Shown one piece after another: positions 19,704 through 30,288 of a stretch of 64,000 nucleotides of DNA; within the stretch, counting starts at the first letter, position 1; every line of letters begins with the position of its first letter. The notes under the pieces were generated by a model that saw only the letters and a program-made list of their open reading frames with translations, was not told the origin of the DNA and did not search any database. A program made the translations under genes and the position numbers. The stretch comes from Spirochaetia bacterium (GTDB lineage: Bacteria; Spirochaetota; Spirochaetia; SZUA-6; Bin103). The stretch is from positions 224,001 to 288,000 of the forward strand of contig OZ241907.1 of the NCBI GenBank assembly GCA_965203515.1, given 5' to 3'.

Positions 19704-22078
19704 GTGGCACCTCCATTGGCGTGCATGGCTCGCCAGACCCGTTGCGGTGTGAGCGGCATCTGCAGGTCTCGTACGCCCCGATGCCAGAGCGCGTCGACGG
19801 CGGCGTTGACCACCGCCGGCGTGGAACCGATCGTACCGGTCTCGCCGGCGCCCTTGACGCCCAGCGGGTTGACCGGACATCGCGTCTCGGTGCGGTCGAC
19901 TTCGTAGGACGGCACGTCATCGGCCCTCGGCAGCGCGTAGTCCATGTAGGAGCCGGTAAGCAACTGGCCGGCGTCGTCATAGGCGGCGCCCTCCAGCAGC
20001 GCCTGGCCGACGCCCTGGGTGATGCCGCCGTGCACCTGCCCGTCGACGATCAGCGGGTTGATCACCAAGCCGACGTCGTCGACCGCCACGAATCGCCGGA
20101 GCCGGACCTGACCGGTGTCGGCATCGATCTCGACGACCGCAATGTGAGTCCCGAAGGGAAAGGTGAAGTTTTCCGGGTCGAAGAACGAGGTGAACTCCAG
20201 CCCCGGTTCCACGCCGTCGGGATAGTCGTGCACGGTATACGCCTGCGCGGCGACCTCCTGAAAGCTCATGCCGCGGTCGGTGCCGCGCACCTTCCAGCCG
20301 CCGTCCGCGTACTCCAGGTCCTCGGGCGACGCCTCGATCAGGTGGGCGGCGATCTGCGCCCCCTTCTCCTTGATCTTGCCCAGGCTCAGGGCGATGGCGC
20401 TGCCGCCCACGGCGATGCTGCGCGAGCCGGCGGTGCCGTTGCCCATCGGGATCACGTCGGTATCGCCGTGCACGATCTCCACGTCCTCCATCGGGATGCC
20501 CAGATCGTCGGCGACCACCTGCGCGAAGGTGGTGACGTGCCCCTGCCCGTGCGAGTGGGTGCCGGTAAAGACCGTCACCTTGCCCGACGGCTGCACGCGA
20601 ACGGTCGAGCTCTCGTAGAAGCCGCCGCGCGCGCCCAACGCTCCGGCGACCTTGGACGGCGCCACCCCGCACGCCTCGATGTAGCTGGAGAAGCCCACGC
20701 CGAGCAGGCGTCCCTCCGCCCGCGCGGCCTCTTGCTCGGCGCGGAACGCGGGCAGGTCGAACACCTCCAGCGCGCGCCGCATCGCCCCTTCGTAGTTGCC
20801 GCTGTCGTAGACCATGGCGACCTGCGTCTGGTAGCCGGGCTCCGCCACGCCGTCGAAGGGCGGGATGAAGTTCCGGCGGCGCAGCTCGGCCGGATCGGCG
20901 CCGGTCTCATGCGCAGCCGTGTCGACCAGCCGTTCCAGCAGATAGGTCGCTTCCGGCCGGCCGGCGCCGCGGTAGGCGTCCACCGGCGTCGTATTGGTGA
21001 AGGCGGCGGTGACCTCGACGTGGACGGCCGGCGTCGTGTACTGGCCCTGCAGCAGCGTGCCGTACAGGTAGGTGGGGATGGCCGGCGCCACCAGCGACAG
21101 GTACGCGCCCATGTTCGACTGCGTGCGCACCCGCAGCGCCAGGAATTTCCCGTCGGCGTCGAGCGCCAGATCGGCCTTGGTGACGTGATCGCGGCCGTGC
21201 GCGTCGGTCATGAAGCTTTCGGTGCGCGATGCCGTCCACTTCACCGGCCGGCCGACCTTCCGGGCGCACCAGGTGACGACCGCCTCTTCCGGGTAGTGGA
21301 AGATCTTGCTGCCAAAGCCGCCGCCCACGTCGGGCCCGACCACGCGCAGCTTGTGCTCCGGCAGCCCCAGCACGCCGCCCATGACCGCGCGGATCGTGTG
21401 CGGGTTCTGCGTCGAGGTGTACAGCGTGGAGCGCCCCGACGCCGCGTCATAGTCGGCCAGCGCCGCGCGCGGCTCGATGGCGTTGGGGATGAGCCGCTGG
21501 TTGACGAACTCCAGGGTGGTGACGTGGGCCGCGGCCGCGCATGCCTTGTCGGTCGCCTCGCGGTCGCCCAGGTCCCAGATGAAGGCGAGGTTGTCCTTCG
21601 CTTCCGGGTGGATCTGCGGTGCCCCGGCGGCGATCGCCTGGGGTACTTCCGTCACCGCCGGCAGCTCGCGGTAGGTCACCTCGACCAGCTCGGCGGCGTC
21701 CTGCGCCTGCTCTGAGGTCGCGGCGACCACGCAGGCGACGCCGTCGCCGACGTAGCGCACGATGTCCGACGCCAGCACCGGGTGCGGCGGCTCGTTCATC
21801 GGCTCGCCGGTGTTGAAGTCGACCGCCCACGCGCACGGCAGGCCGCCCAACCCGTCGGCTTCCACGTCCGCTCCCGTGAAGACCGCGACCACGCCGGGCG
21901 CCGCCGCCGCCGCCGCCGCGTCGACGCTCTCGATCGCGGCATGGGCGTGAGGGCTGCGCACGAAGGCGCACCACGTCTGGCCGGGAAGCTGGATGTCGTC
22001 CGTGTACCGGCCGGCGCCGGTGATGAATTTCCGATCCTCGACGCGGCGGACCGGTTTGCCGATCTGTGCCGTAGCCAT
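19700..22078 (-). CDS. coxL: Molybdenum hydroxylase large subunit (form II CoxL-like)
   Basis: VGGGFGSK, active-site loop AYRGAGRPE, GQGH.T, GQVHGG, KGAGE. Confidence 0.9.
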   Translation of the reverse strand: MATAQIGKPVRRVEDRKFITGAGRYTDDIQLPGQTWCAFVRSPHAHAAIESVDAAAAAAAPGVVAVFTGADVEADGLGGLPCAWAVDFNTGEPMNEPPHPVLASDIVRYVGDGVACVVAATSEQAQDAAELVEVTYRELPAVTEVPQAIAAGAPQIHPEAKDNLAFIWDLGDREATDKACAAAAHVTTLEFVNQRLIPNAIEPRAALADYDAASGRSTLYTSTQNPHTIRAVMGGVLGLPEHKLRVVGPDVGGGFGSKIFHYPEEAVVTWCARKVGRPVKWTASRTESFMTDAHGRDHVTKADLALDADGKFLALRVRTQSNMGAYLSLVAPAIPTYLYGTLLQGQYTTPAVHVEVTAAFTNTTPVDAYRGAGRPEATYLLERLVDTAAHETGADPAELRRRNFIPPFDGVAEPGYQTQVAMVYDSGNYEGAMRRALEVFDLPAFRAEQEAARAEGRLLGVGFSSYIEACGVAPSKVAGALGARGGFYESSTVRVQPSGKVTVFTGTHSHGQGHVTTFAQVVADDLGIPMEDVEIVHGDTDVIPMGNGTAGSRSIAVGGSAIALSLGKIKEKGAQIAAHLIEASPEDLEYADGGWKVRGTDRGMSFQEVAAQAYTVHDYPDGVEPGLEFTSFFDPENFTFPFGTHIAVVEIDADTGQVRLRRFVAVDDVGLVINPLIVDGQVHGGITQGVGQALLEGAAYDDAGQLLTGSYMDYALPRADDVPSYEVDRTETRCPVNPLGVKGAGETGTIGSTPAVVNAAVDALWHRGVRDLQMPLTPQRVWRAMHANGGAT

Positions 22079-22091
22079 GGCCTTCCCCTCC

Positions 22092-22568
22092 CTACGTCAG
22101 GGTGCCGGCAGCGCGCTGCACGGCCCGGACGATGTTGTGATAGCCGGTACACCGGCAGTAGTTGCCTTCCAGGGCGTGGCGTATCTCCGCCTCCGACGGC
22201 GCGGCGTTGCGTTCCAGCAGGTCGACCGCCGTCATGATCATGCCCGGCGTGCAGAACCCGCACTGCAGGCCGTGTTCCTCCCGGAACGCCTCCTGCAGCG
22301 GATGGAGCGCGCCGTCGTCGGCCAGTCCCTCGATCGTGGTGATCGCGGCGCCGTCGGCCTGCACGGCGAGCATGGTGCAGGTCTTGACCGCCTTGCCGTC
22401 GACGATCGCCGTGCACGCGCCGCAGCTCGACGTGTCGCAGCCGACGTGGGTGCCGGTCAGGCGCAACTCCTCGCGCAGGTGGTGCACCAGCAGTCGCCGC
22501 GGCTCGACCTGGTGTTCGGACGTGCGGCCATTGACCGTCATGGTGACCGCGGATCGCTCTTCAGCCAT
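22092..22568 (-). CDS. coxS: Molybdenum hydroxylase 2Fe-2S subunit (CoxS-like)
   Basis: [27 protein letters not shown] 22568 with SD GAGGA. Confidence 0.9.
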   Translation of the reverse strand: MAEERSAVTMTVNGRTSEHQVEPRRLLVHHLREELRLTGTHVGCDTSSCGACTAIVDGKAVKTCTMLAVQADGAAITTIEGLADDGALHPLQEAFREEHGLQCGFCTPGMIMTAVDLLERNAAPSEAEIRHALEGNYCRCTGYHNIVRAVQRAAGTLT

Positions 22569-22687
22569 CGCTTCCTCCCCTCGCTCCGGTGGCCTGCCGG
22601 ATCGGTGGTTCCCGGAAGCCGGCACGCTCACCTGCCGCAATGATGATCCGTATGCGGCCGGCGTCAAGGGACCGGCGAACGAGGCGC

Positions 22688-24226
22688 TCAGTACGCGCGG
22701 GCGAACACCGTATCGGCCGCGCCGCCGGCGCCCGTGAACGCGCACGCGCGCTCCGGTGCGCCGTCGCCGGCTCCCGAGCCGGCCGTGCCCAGGATGCAGC
22801 GCGGGCTCACCTTCAGTCGCTTCAGAAGCTCCTGAAACGCCGCGTCCCGCTCGGCCTCCGCGGCCATGGGGGCGACGGCGAAGCCGGAGGCCGCCTCGTC
22901 GCGGAAGTACGCCTCGAATGCCCGCAGGTCGTCGACCCGTTCGGTATGGGCGTCCCGGAACGCGCGCGCCCGCTCCAGCAGCCCGTCCTGCATCCGGCCG
23001 AGCACCGCCGGCGCTTCGGCGGCGAAGCGCTCGCGCGGCAGCGATTGCCGATCGCGCGGCGCCTGGTCGCGGCGCGCCACCGACACCACCCCGGAGGCGA
23101 GGTCGCGCGGGCCGATCTCGACCCGGATCGGCACGCCGCGCTTGACGTGGTGCCAATTCTTCTCGCCGCCGCGCAGGTCGCGGTCGTCGACCGACACCCG
23201 CAACGGCTCGCCGGCGTAGGTCGCCTGCGTCAACTCGCGCTTGAGCGAATCGCAGGCGCCCAGCACCGCGGTCCGCTGCCCGGCGTCCTTGTAGATCGGC
23301 AGGATCACCACCTGATGCGGCGCCAGCCGCGGCGGCAGCACCGCTCCGTCGTCGTCGCCGTGGGTCATGATCAGCCCGCCGACCAAGCGCGTGGAAACCC
23401 CCCAGGAGGTGGTCCAGGCATGGACCAGCGCGCCGTCGCGGTCGCTGAAGGTGATGCCGCACGCCTTGGCGAAGTTCTGCCCCAGGAAGTGCGAGGTGCC
23501 GGCCTGCAGCGCCTTGCGGTCCTGCATCATCGCCTCGATGGCGTAGGTGTCGACCGCCCCCGGAAAGCGCTCGCCGGCGCTCTTCTCGCCGCGCAGCACC
23601 GGCATCGCCATGTAGCGCTCCGCGAACTCGGCGTATACGTCGAGCATGCGTAGCGTCTCTTCGACCGCCTCCTCGGCGGTGGCGTGCACGGTGTGCCCCT
23701 CCTGCCACAGGAACTCGGCGGTGCGCAGGAACAGGCGCGGGCGCATCTCCCAGCGCACCACGTTGGCCCACTGATTGATCAGGATCGGCAGGTCGCGGTA
23801 GGACTGCACCCACTTCGCGTACATCTCGCCGATGATCGTCTCGCTGGTGGGCCGCACCACGTACGGCTCGTCGAGCTCGCCGGCGGGGACCAGGCGGCCG
23901 TCCGGCCCGGCCTCCAGCCGATGGTGGGTCACCACCGCGCACTCCTTGGCGAACCCCTCGACGTGCTCGGCCTCGCGCTCCAGATAGCGCAGCGGGATGA
24001 ACAGCGGAAAGTAGGCGTTGGTGTGGCCGGTCTCCTTGAACATCCCGTCGAGCGCGCGTTGCATGTGCTCCCACAGCGCGTAGCCCCACGGCTTGATGAC
24101 CATGCAGCCGCGCACCGGCGACAGCTCCGCCAGGTCGGCGGCGCGCACCACCTGCTGGTACCATTCGGCGTAATTCTCGGCGCGGGTCGGCGAGATCGCC
24201 GTCCGCGCGGCTTTTCCCTTGGCCAT
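22688..24226 (-). CDS. proS: Proline--tRNA ligase (archaeal/eukaryotic-like type, no INS editing domain)
   Basis: [51 protein letters not shown]-terminal ARAY. Confidence 0.95.
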   Translation of the reverse strand: MAKGKAARTAISPTRAENYAEWYQQVVRAADLAELSPVRGCMVIKPWGYALWEHMQRALDGMFKETGHTNAYFPLFIPLRYLEREAEHVEGFAKECAVVTHHRLEAGPDGRLVPAGELDEPYVVRPTSETIIGEMYAKWVQSYRDLPILINQWANVVRWEMRPRLFLRTAEFLWQEGHTVHATAEEAVEETLRMLDVYAEFAERYMAMPVLRGEKSAGERFPGAVDTYAIEAMMQDRKALQAGTSHFLGQNFAKACGITFSDRDGALVHAWTTSWGVSTRLVGGLIMTHGDDDGAVLPPRLAPHQVVILPIYKDAGQRTAVLGACDSLKRELTQATYAGEPLRVSVDDRDLRGGEKNWHHVKRGVPIRVEIGPRDLASGVVSVARRDQAPRDRQSLPRERFAAEAPAVLGRMQDGLLERARAFRDAHTERVDDLRAFEAYFRDEAASGFAVAPMAAEAERDAAFQELLKRLKVSPRCILGTAGSGAGDGAPERACAFTGAGGAADTVFARAY

Positions 24227-24360
24227 GATCGGTTACGGAACCGTACCCGCTTGACGCTGGAATAAAAAGGCCGGGCCGGCGATGCTGTAGTCGAGCCGAC
24301 GGATAGCTGGCCCGCCAGGGCCACAGCGCGGTCAGGATCGCAAACCGGGGAGGAGACGCC

Positions 24361-25614
24361 ATGAGCGCAGGAAACGGAGCGCCGGGAAACGGCATGGCCG
24401 CCGACATCGATCGCGAGCGGTTTCTCCGCGACGGGTACCTGATCGTCCCGGAGGTGATCGATCCGGCGCGGCTTGCGGAGGTGCGCCGCGCGTACGAGAC
24501 GCTGGTGGAGCGCCAGCGGGCGGTCTGGGCCGTGCAGCGCGGACCGGACGATCCGCCCGGCGGCGAGTGGGAGACCGCGCGCCAGCCGCGCCTGCACCTG
24601 TCGCGCGAGCTCGGCGCGCAGATCGACGCGCGCTGCGCCGCGGCGGTCGAGGTGTGGACCGGCGACCGGCTGCGCGCCGTAGCGAACCGGCTGCTGGACG
24701 TCGAGGACGCCGGCGCCACCGAGCTGATGATGATGTGCAGCCCGGTCCGCGACCGCGGACCGGCCAACTGGCACCGCGACATCCATCCGATCGACACCGC
24801 GCCCCTGCGCGGCTACATCGACGACATCGTCGAGAACGGGCCGGCCTACATCCAGTGGAACATCCCGCTCTACGACGACGACGTGCTGTGGGTCATGCCC
24901 GGCACGCATGTGCGCGTCAACACCGACCGGGAGAACCGGCTGCTGCTGGAAGACGACCGGCGGCCGCTGCCGGGCGCCGTGCAGACCCGTCTGCGCGGCG
25001 GCGACGGCGTGGTCTACATCACGCCGATCCTGCACTGGGGCAGCAACTACAGCGCCAGGCTGCGCCGCACCGTGCACGGCGGCTTCTCGCCGTTCGCCAT
25101 GCGTGAGGACGATCGGTTCGTGCCGCACCTCAAGCCCGCCGCGCAGCAGGTCTTTCGCGGCTGGCAGCGCGCGTGCGCGGTCAAGAGGGACCGGACCGAA
25201 GCGGCGCTGCGCGCGGCGCTGGCCGGCGACGCCGCCGCCTACGATCGGGCGCTGGCGGCGCTGCGTCCGGGGGCAGGGGAGCGGGGCAAGCTGCTGCTCA
25301 CGGTGTTCCTGACCAAGGCGGCGCTGTTCATCCGCCTGCGCAAGCGCCCGGAGCTGCGGTCGACCGTCCCGGAGCGGATCGCCGTCTCCGCCGACGCGCA
25401 CCATCCGATCACGCTCAACTGGGGGCCGCAGTTCGCCGAACGGTTTACCGCGCCGGAGGCCGATCTGCTGTGGCAACGGTTCGCGCCGATGGAACGGCGG
25501 CTCACCGGCGACCGGGACGGTTTCATGCCCGGCTTTCAGGCCGAGCGCATGCGTCACTCGTTCGTGGAGATGCCGGCCGGCTTCGGCGTGGCCGAGCTCA
25601 CCGCCGCCTGGTAG
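24361..25614 (+). CDS. PhyH-family dioxygenase with C-terminal extension
   Basis: FLRDGYL, WHRD, LHWGS..R. SD GGAGG. Confidence 0.78.
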   Translation: MSAGNGAPGNGMAADIDRERFLRDGYLIVPEVIDPARLAEVRRAYETLVERQRAVWAVQRGPDDPPGGEWETARQPRLHLSRELGAQIDARCAAAVEVWTGDRLRAVANRLLDVEDAGATELMMMCSPVRDRGPANWHRDIHPIDTAPLRGYIDDIVENGPAYIQWNIPLYDDDVLWVMPGTHVRVNTDRENRLLLEDDRRPLPGAVQTRLRGGDGVVYITPILHWGSNYSARLRRTVHGGFSPFAMREDDRFVPHLKPAAQQVFRGWQRACAVKRDRTEAALRAALAGDAAAYDRALAALRPGAGERGKLLLTVFLTKAALFIRLRKRPELRSTVPERIAVSADAHHPITLNWGPQFAERFTAPEADLLWQRFAPMERRLTGDRDGFMPGFQAERMRHSFVEMPAGFGVAELTAAW

Positions 25615-25629
25615 GAGTCCGCGGCCGTC

Positions 25630-25667
25630 TCAGCAATTTGGAAGCGCGAATTCAGGAATTTGCTGAT
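25630..25667. promoter_or_regulatory. AT-rich inverted repeat, operator-like
   Basis: TCAGCAATTT ... AATTTGCTGA upstream of the PDZ gene. Confidence 0.35.
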
Positions 25668-25717
25668 GTCCGCGCGGTCGATCCTCTGGTCAACTTGAAT
25701 CGTATGGAGGTACTTCG

Positions 25718-26476
25718 ATGACGACGAGACGCATGAAGGTATTGGCGGTCGCGACCGCAGCAATGCTGGCGATCGGCACGCCGCTGACCGCGCAGAGCGG
25801 TGATCCGGCCGGCGTGATCGTGATGAAGGTGGTGCCGGAGAGCGCGGCCGAGGCGGCGGGCTTGCAGATCGGCGACCGGATCACCGCCGTCGGCGGCCAA
25901 GTGTTGGACGGAGCTGCCGGGCAACGGCCGCCCGGTGCAATGGCACTGCGACCACGTCAGCGGGTGCAGATCATCGCGGCAGGCTTGCAGACCGGCGACT
26001 TCATCACCGTCGTCGGCGGCCGGGTGTTGGGCGGAGCTGCCGGTCAGCTGGTGGAGACCATCGGCGACCATGCGCCCGGCGACGAGGTGAGCATCGCCTA
26101 TGATCGCGACGGGAAGGAGATGACGGCCGCCGTCAGCCTGGGTGAGCACCCGGAGAGCGGGGCGGCGGTGATGGGCATCCGCTATCAGCCGCGGCCGACG
26201 ATCGACGACGTGCGCTGCGTGCACCAACTGTTCGACGACGCGCGGGAGCGCTTCGCCCAGCGCGCGTCAGCGTCCTCCTCCCGCATCTCGCCGTTCTTGG
26301 TCACGGAGGAGATGATGTTCGTCGACGACAAGTGGCTGGTCGACGACGTGCTGGAGCGTTTGCGCGAGATGCGCCGGTGGGGCGGCCGCGCAGATGCCGA
26401 CAAGGACATGGGCGGCGACCAGAACATGGGCGATGGGACATGGACGCCGCCGGCGTCATGCAAGCCGATTCCGTGA
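25718..26476 (+). CDS. Secreted PDZ-domain protein with an internal duplication
   Basis: Signal peptide; V.P.SAA.AAGLQ.GD.I..V.G repeated; PGDEV.I...RDG. SD GGAGG. Confidence 0.7.
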   Translation: MTTRRMKVLAVATAAMLAIGTPLTAQSGDPAGVIVMKVVPESAAEAAGLQIGDRITAVGGQVLDGAAGQRPPGAMALRPRQRVQIIAAGLQTGDFITVVGGRVLGGAAGQLVETIGDHAPGDEVSIAYDRDGKEMTAAVSLGEHPESGAAVMGIRYQPRPTIDDVRCVHQLFDDARERFAQRASASSSRISPFLVTEEMMFVDDKWLVDDVLERLREMRRWGGRADADKDMGGDQNMGDGTWTPPASCKPIP

Positions 26477-26480
26477 CCCC

Positions 26481-26725
26481 GACGTGATCGATCTGCAGCA
26501 GGTGTTGGGAGCCGCAGCGGCGCCCGCTGGCGCGGTCCACGTAGCTGCATCGTCCCCGGTCGCGCGCCAGACCGCGCGCTTGACCGCCGCAGGGATGGCT
26601 CGGCCGATCCCGCCATCCGCCTTCGCTGCCGAAGTTTCGGCCCGCGGCGACGGCTTCGCGGAAGCCGCCGCCTGCCGGCCGAGGCGCAGTGTCGTCGTCT
26701 TCGCTGCCGAAGCGTGGCGGTACCA
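26481..26725 (-). pseudogene. HNH endonuclease fragment, frameshifted and truncated
   Basis: GRAIPAAVKRAVW, apparent 1-bp frameshift near 26565, then RDRGRCSYVDRASGRRCGSQHLLQIDHV, cut off next to the PDZ gene stop. Upstream (T/A)SAAK low-complexity repeats. Confidence 0.7.
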
Positions 26726-26884
26726 CTCCCCGGGTTATCGATCGTCCCGACGCTACGCCGCCTTGCAGCACCGCGGTGCTGCTACCGGCAAGAAACGAAC
26801 CTTCCGCGAGGTAGTGCGGCTGCTGCGAGCGTAGGCGGCCTTGCTGACGCGGATGATCTGGCGCGCAGAGCGCCGTCCGACGGA

Positions 26885-28093
26885 CTAGCGGTCGCCGGCG
26901 AGCGCGGTCAGAATCCCCTGCCGCGTGAGGAAGCCCAGGAAGCGGTTGCCGTCGTCGAGCACGGCGACCGGCACGTCGCTGTCGGCCGACAGCGGCAGTA
27001 TCTGGTGGAGCGTCTGGCTGGCCTGGGCGGTCGGGGCGCTGTTGCGTACGATGCCGCTCAGGCCTCGGTCGCTGCGGGCGATCGCCGCGGCCACGTCGTC
27101 GACCCGGCACCAACCCCGGTAGGCGCCGTCGGCGTCGGTCACGAAGCCGATCCGCTGTCCCGCATCCCGCATCGCCGCCAGGGCGCTCCGCGGGGCGGTG
27201 TCGAGTTGCAGGGGAGCGGCCGTGTCGAGCACGGCGCCGGCGGTGATCACCCGCGCGCGGTTGACGTCGCTCACGAAGTCCGCGACGTAATCGTCGGCCG
27301 GGTTGGTGATGATGTCGATCGGGGTGCCGACCTGCACCAGCTTGCCGTCCTTGAGGATGGCGATGTGGTCGCCGAGCCGCAGCGCCTCATCCAGATCGTG
27401 GGTGATGAACACGATCGTCTTGCGCAGGTCGCGCTGCAACCGGATCAGCTCCTCCTGCATTTCCCGACGGATCAGCGGGTCCAGGGCGCTGAACGGCTCG
27501 TCCATCAGCAGGACCTCCGGGTCGGTGCAGAGCGCCCGCGCCAGACCGACGCGCTGTTGCATGCCTCCGGAGAGCTGACGCGGCCGCTGACGCTCGTAGC
27601 CCTGCAGGCCGACGACTTCGAGCCACCGCTTGGCGCGCTCCAGCCGGTCCTCCTTGGGTACGCCGCGGACCCGCAGGCCGTACGCGACGTTCTGAATCAC
27701 GCTGCGATGCGGCAGCAGGCCGAAGCTCTGGAACACCATGCTCATCTTGGTGCGCCGCACGGCCGTGATCTCGGCCGGGCCGAGTTCCGCGAGGTTGACG
27801 CCGCCGACCATCACCTTGCCGGCCGTGGGATCGATCAGCCGGTTCACGCAACGGACGAAGGTCGACTTGCCGCTGCCGGACAGCCCCATCACCACGAAGG
27901 TCTCCGCGCCCTTGATGCGCAGGTTCACGTCGTCCAGGCCGACCGTATGGCCGGTGCGCTTCAGGATGTCATCCTTGCTCACGCCCGCCTCGACCTGCGC
28001 CATCACCTCCTGCGGACGTGGCCCGAAGACCTTGTACAGGTGGGTTACTTCGATGTCGCTGGGGGAGCCGCCGCCGTCGCCTGCATCGCCCAT
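26885..28093 (-). CDS. proV: Glycine betaine/proline ABC transporter ATP-binding protein with CBS domains
   Basis: GLSGSGKST, LSGGMQQRVGLARAL, MDEPFSALDPLIR, ITHD. Alternative start 28123 (TGATG overlap). Confidence 0.9.
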   Translation of the reverse strand: MGDAGDGGGSPSDIEVTHLYKVFGPRPQEVMAQVEAGVSKDDILKRTGHTVGLDDVNLRIKGAETFVVMGLSGSGKSTFVRCVNRLIDPTAGKVMVGGVNLAELGPAEITAVRRTKMSMVFQSFGLLPHRSVIQNVAYGLRVRGVPKEDRLERAKRWLEVVGLQGYERQRPRQLSGGMQQRVGLARALCTDPEVLLMDEPFSALDPLIRREMQEELIRLQRDLRKTIVFITHDLDEALRLGDHIAILKDGKLVQVGTPIDIITNPADDYVADFVSDVNRARVITAGAVLDTAAPLQLDTAPRSALAAMRDAGQRIGFVTDADGAYRGWCRVDDVAAAIARSDRGLSGIVRNSAPTAQASQTLHQILPLSADSDVPVAVLDDGNRFLGFLTRQGILTALAGDR

Positions 28094-28122
28094 ATCGCTA
28101 CCCCTCGCCGCGGTCGCCGGCA

Positions 28123-29046
28123 TCAGATCACCTGACCCGGCGTTACCGCCGTCGTGGGGTCAAGACGGGCGCCGAACGCCCTGGTGATGCGATCGAAGAC
28201 GATCGCCAAGACCAGGATCGACAAGCCCGCTTCCAGTCCCATGCCGACGTCGGCGTTCTGCACGCCGCGCAGCACCTGCCGGCCCAGGCCGCGCGCGCCG
28301 ATCATGGAGGTGATCACCACCATCGACAGGGCCAGCATGATCGTCTGGTTGACGCCGCCCATGATGTTGGGCATCGCCAACGGCACGCGCACGCCCCACA
28401 GGATCTGACGGCCGGTAGCGCCGAACGCTTCCGCCGCTTCGACCACGGAGCGGTCGACGAGCCGAATGCCCAAGTTGGTGAGTCGGACGACTGGCGGGAC
28501 GGCGAACACCAGGATCGCGAAGACCGCGCCAACGTTGCCAAGTCCAAAGAAGTAGATGAAAGGGATGAGATAGACGAACGACGGCAGGGTCTGCATCGCG
28601 TCCAGGATCGGGTTGGCCACCGACCGGACCCACCGGCTGGTGGCCATCAGGATGCCTAACGGTATGCCGATGACCACGGAGAGGGCGACGGAGATGAACA
28701 GCATCGACAGGGTCCGCATCGCCTCATCCCAGAGGTTCATCATGCCGATGAAGACCAGCGCGGCCGCCAGCCCCAGAGCGAGCAGCGCGCTGTTCGCCGC
28801 CCGCCACGCGATCAGGCAGATCGCGGCCGCGACCAGCCACCAGGGCAACGCCAGCAGCGACAGCTCCACCTGTCGCAACACCAGCAGCATCACGTCGCTG
28901 ATGGAGTCGAACACGGTGCCGAAATTCCGTACCAGAAATCTCAGAACTTCGTTGGTCCATTCCCGGATCGGGATCTGGCACCCCTCCGGGAACTCGGTGA
29001 GAACTCGGCCAAGACTGCCGGCGCACTCGCGAAGCCAATCACCCAT
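28123..29046 (-). CDS. proW: Glycine betaine/proline ABC transporter permease
   Basis: LDAMQTLPSFVYLIP, EAA.AFG loop, GVNQTIMLALSMVV. Confidence 0.9.
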   Translation of the reverse strand: MGDWLRECAGSLGRVLTEFPEGCQIPIREWTNEVLRFLVRNFGTVFDSISDVMLLVLRQVELSLLALPWWLVAAAICLIAWRAANSALLALGLAAALVFIGMMNLWDEAMRTLSMLFISVALSVVIGIPLGILMATSRWVRSVANPILDAMQTLPSFVYLIPFIYFFGLGNVGAVFAILVFAVPPVVRLTNLGIRLVDRSVVEAAEAFGATGRQILWGVRVPLAMPNIMGGVNQTIMLALSMVVITSMIGARGLGRQVLRGVQNADVGMGLEAGLSILVLAIVFDRITRAFGARLDPTTAVTPGQVI

Positions 29047-29151
29047 GATGCTGTGCTGCTTGGTGGTCCCGGGGTCTCATGCGCCCGGCTCAGGGGCGGA
29101 GCAGAGCGCCCCGCCCCGAACCGGAACCCGCGGGTCGCGGGACTGCTCGCG

Positions 29152-30216
29152 CTAGTTGAGCGAAGCCCGGACCCGGTCCGCTACCGCGTCCGACACCCAC
29201 TCCGTCCACACGTCGGCATGCGTGGCCAGGAACTCGCGTGCGACGTCCGGCCACTCCGAGTCGGTCTCCGACTGGTGGGCCAGATAGAAGTTGATCAAGT
29301 CGAGTTCGACCTCGTAGGCGCGCAGGAAGTCGATCATCTCGTCCGAGGCGCTGTCCTCGAAGTCCTTGCTGATCGCAACATTGACGATCGAGGGCCGGAA
29401 CGCGCAGCCGCGGTCGCCGTCCCAGCACTCCTGCGACCACGCCGGCTCTTCGAGCTGAATCATCGGGTAGAGGCCCAGGATCGTGGTCGGCGCCCAGTAG
29501 TAGCCGAGCCACGCTTCTCCCTTCTCATAGGCGCCGACGATCGACGCGTCCAGCGCCGGAGCGGCGCCGGGGCGGAAGTTGGTGAAGTGCTCTTCCAGGT
29601 CGTACGCGGCCAGCTTCTTGTTGTTGGTCAGCTCGCACTGCCAGCCGACGATGCAGTTGTAATAGCGCCCCTTGTCCGGCTCCTCCGGGTCCCGGAACAG
29701 CTCCTTGTACTTGGGCAGATCGTCCACCGACTTGAGATCCGGCGCCATCGGTTCGATGCCGCGTTCCGCATCACCTTCGATGACGTAGCGCGGTACCAGG
29801 AACGACATTTCGCCGGCGTTCATGTTCAAGCCCAGGTCGATCACGTCGCCGGCCTCGGTCGCTTCGCGGTAGATGTCCGGAGCGGTGTTGAACCAGATCT
29901 CCATGTTGATGTCGATGTCGCCGCGGACGAGGCCCTGGACCATCGGGACGGTGGAGCCCGGAATGTCGGTGTACTCGCAGCCGAACCCTGCTTGCAGGAT
30001 CTGGCCGGCGATGTGGTTGTGAAGCTGCGCGCTTCCCCAGTCCAGACCGGCGAACACCACCTCGCGGTCGATGCCGCCGCAATCATGTCCGTCGGCAACT
30101 GCGATCGGCGCCGCCAGGGCAATGCCGATCAGGGCGATGAGGAGCCGGCGCGCCGGCCCTCTACGGGCGAAGCTTTCGTTTGAGTCAGCTGTGGAAGTAG
30201 CCATAACGCCGGCCAT
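29152..30216 (-). CDS. proX: Glycine betaine ABC transporter substrate-binding protein
   Basis: Signal peptide, DWGSA, MEIW, C..GW.CE, GYYWAPT. Start 30216 or 30204. Confidence 0.85.
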   Translation of the reverse strand: MAGVMATSTADSNESFARRGPARRLLIALIGIALAAPIAVADGHDCGGIDREVVFAGLDWGSAQLHNHIAGQILQAGFGCEYTDIPGSTVPMVQGLVRGDIDINMEIWFNTAPDIYREATEAGDVIDLGLNMNAGEMSFLVPRYVIEGDAERGIEPMAPDLKSVDDLPKYKELFRDPEEPDKGRYYNCIVGWQCELTNNKKLAAYDLEEHFTNFRPGAAPALDASIVGAYEKGEAWLGYYWAPTTILGLYPMIQLEEPAWSQECWDGDRGCAFRPSIVNVAISKDFEDSASDEMIDFLRAYEVELDLINFYLAHQSETDSEWPDVAREFLATHADVWTEWVSDAVADRVRASLN

Positions 30217-30288
30217 GGTGGCACAGTCCGCCAAGCGGCGCAACCTGCGGGCCGGCCGATGACGGCGCGCGGTGCTATGGTGCGTCCC

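Noticed and set aside
19700..22078. True aerobic CO dehydrogenase
   Set aside because: Active-site loop is AYRGAGR (form II), not AYXCSFR.
22092..24797. ORF-track fusions (901 aa ending in CoxS, 1003 aa ending in ProX, 819 aa ending in MT-A70, 1205 aa Res)
   Set aside because: The upstream extensions overlap other real genes; internal starts explain the true proteins.
26785..26834. HicA-like N-terminus (KKRTFREVVRLLRA*)
   Set aside because: Too short, no start codon and no GSH motif; cannot be supported.
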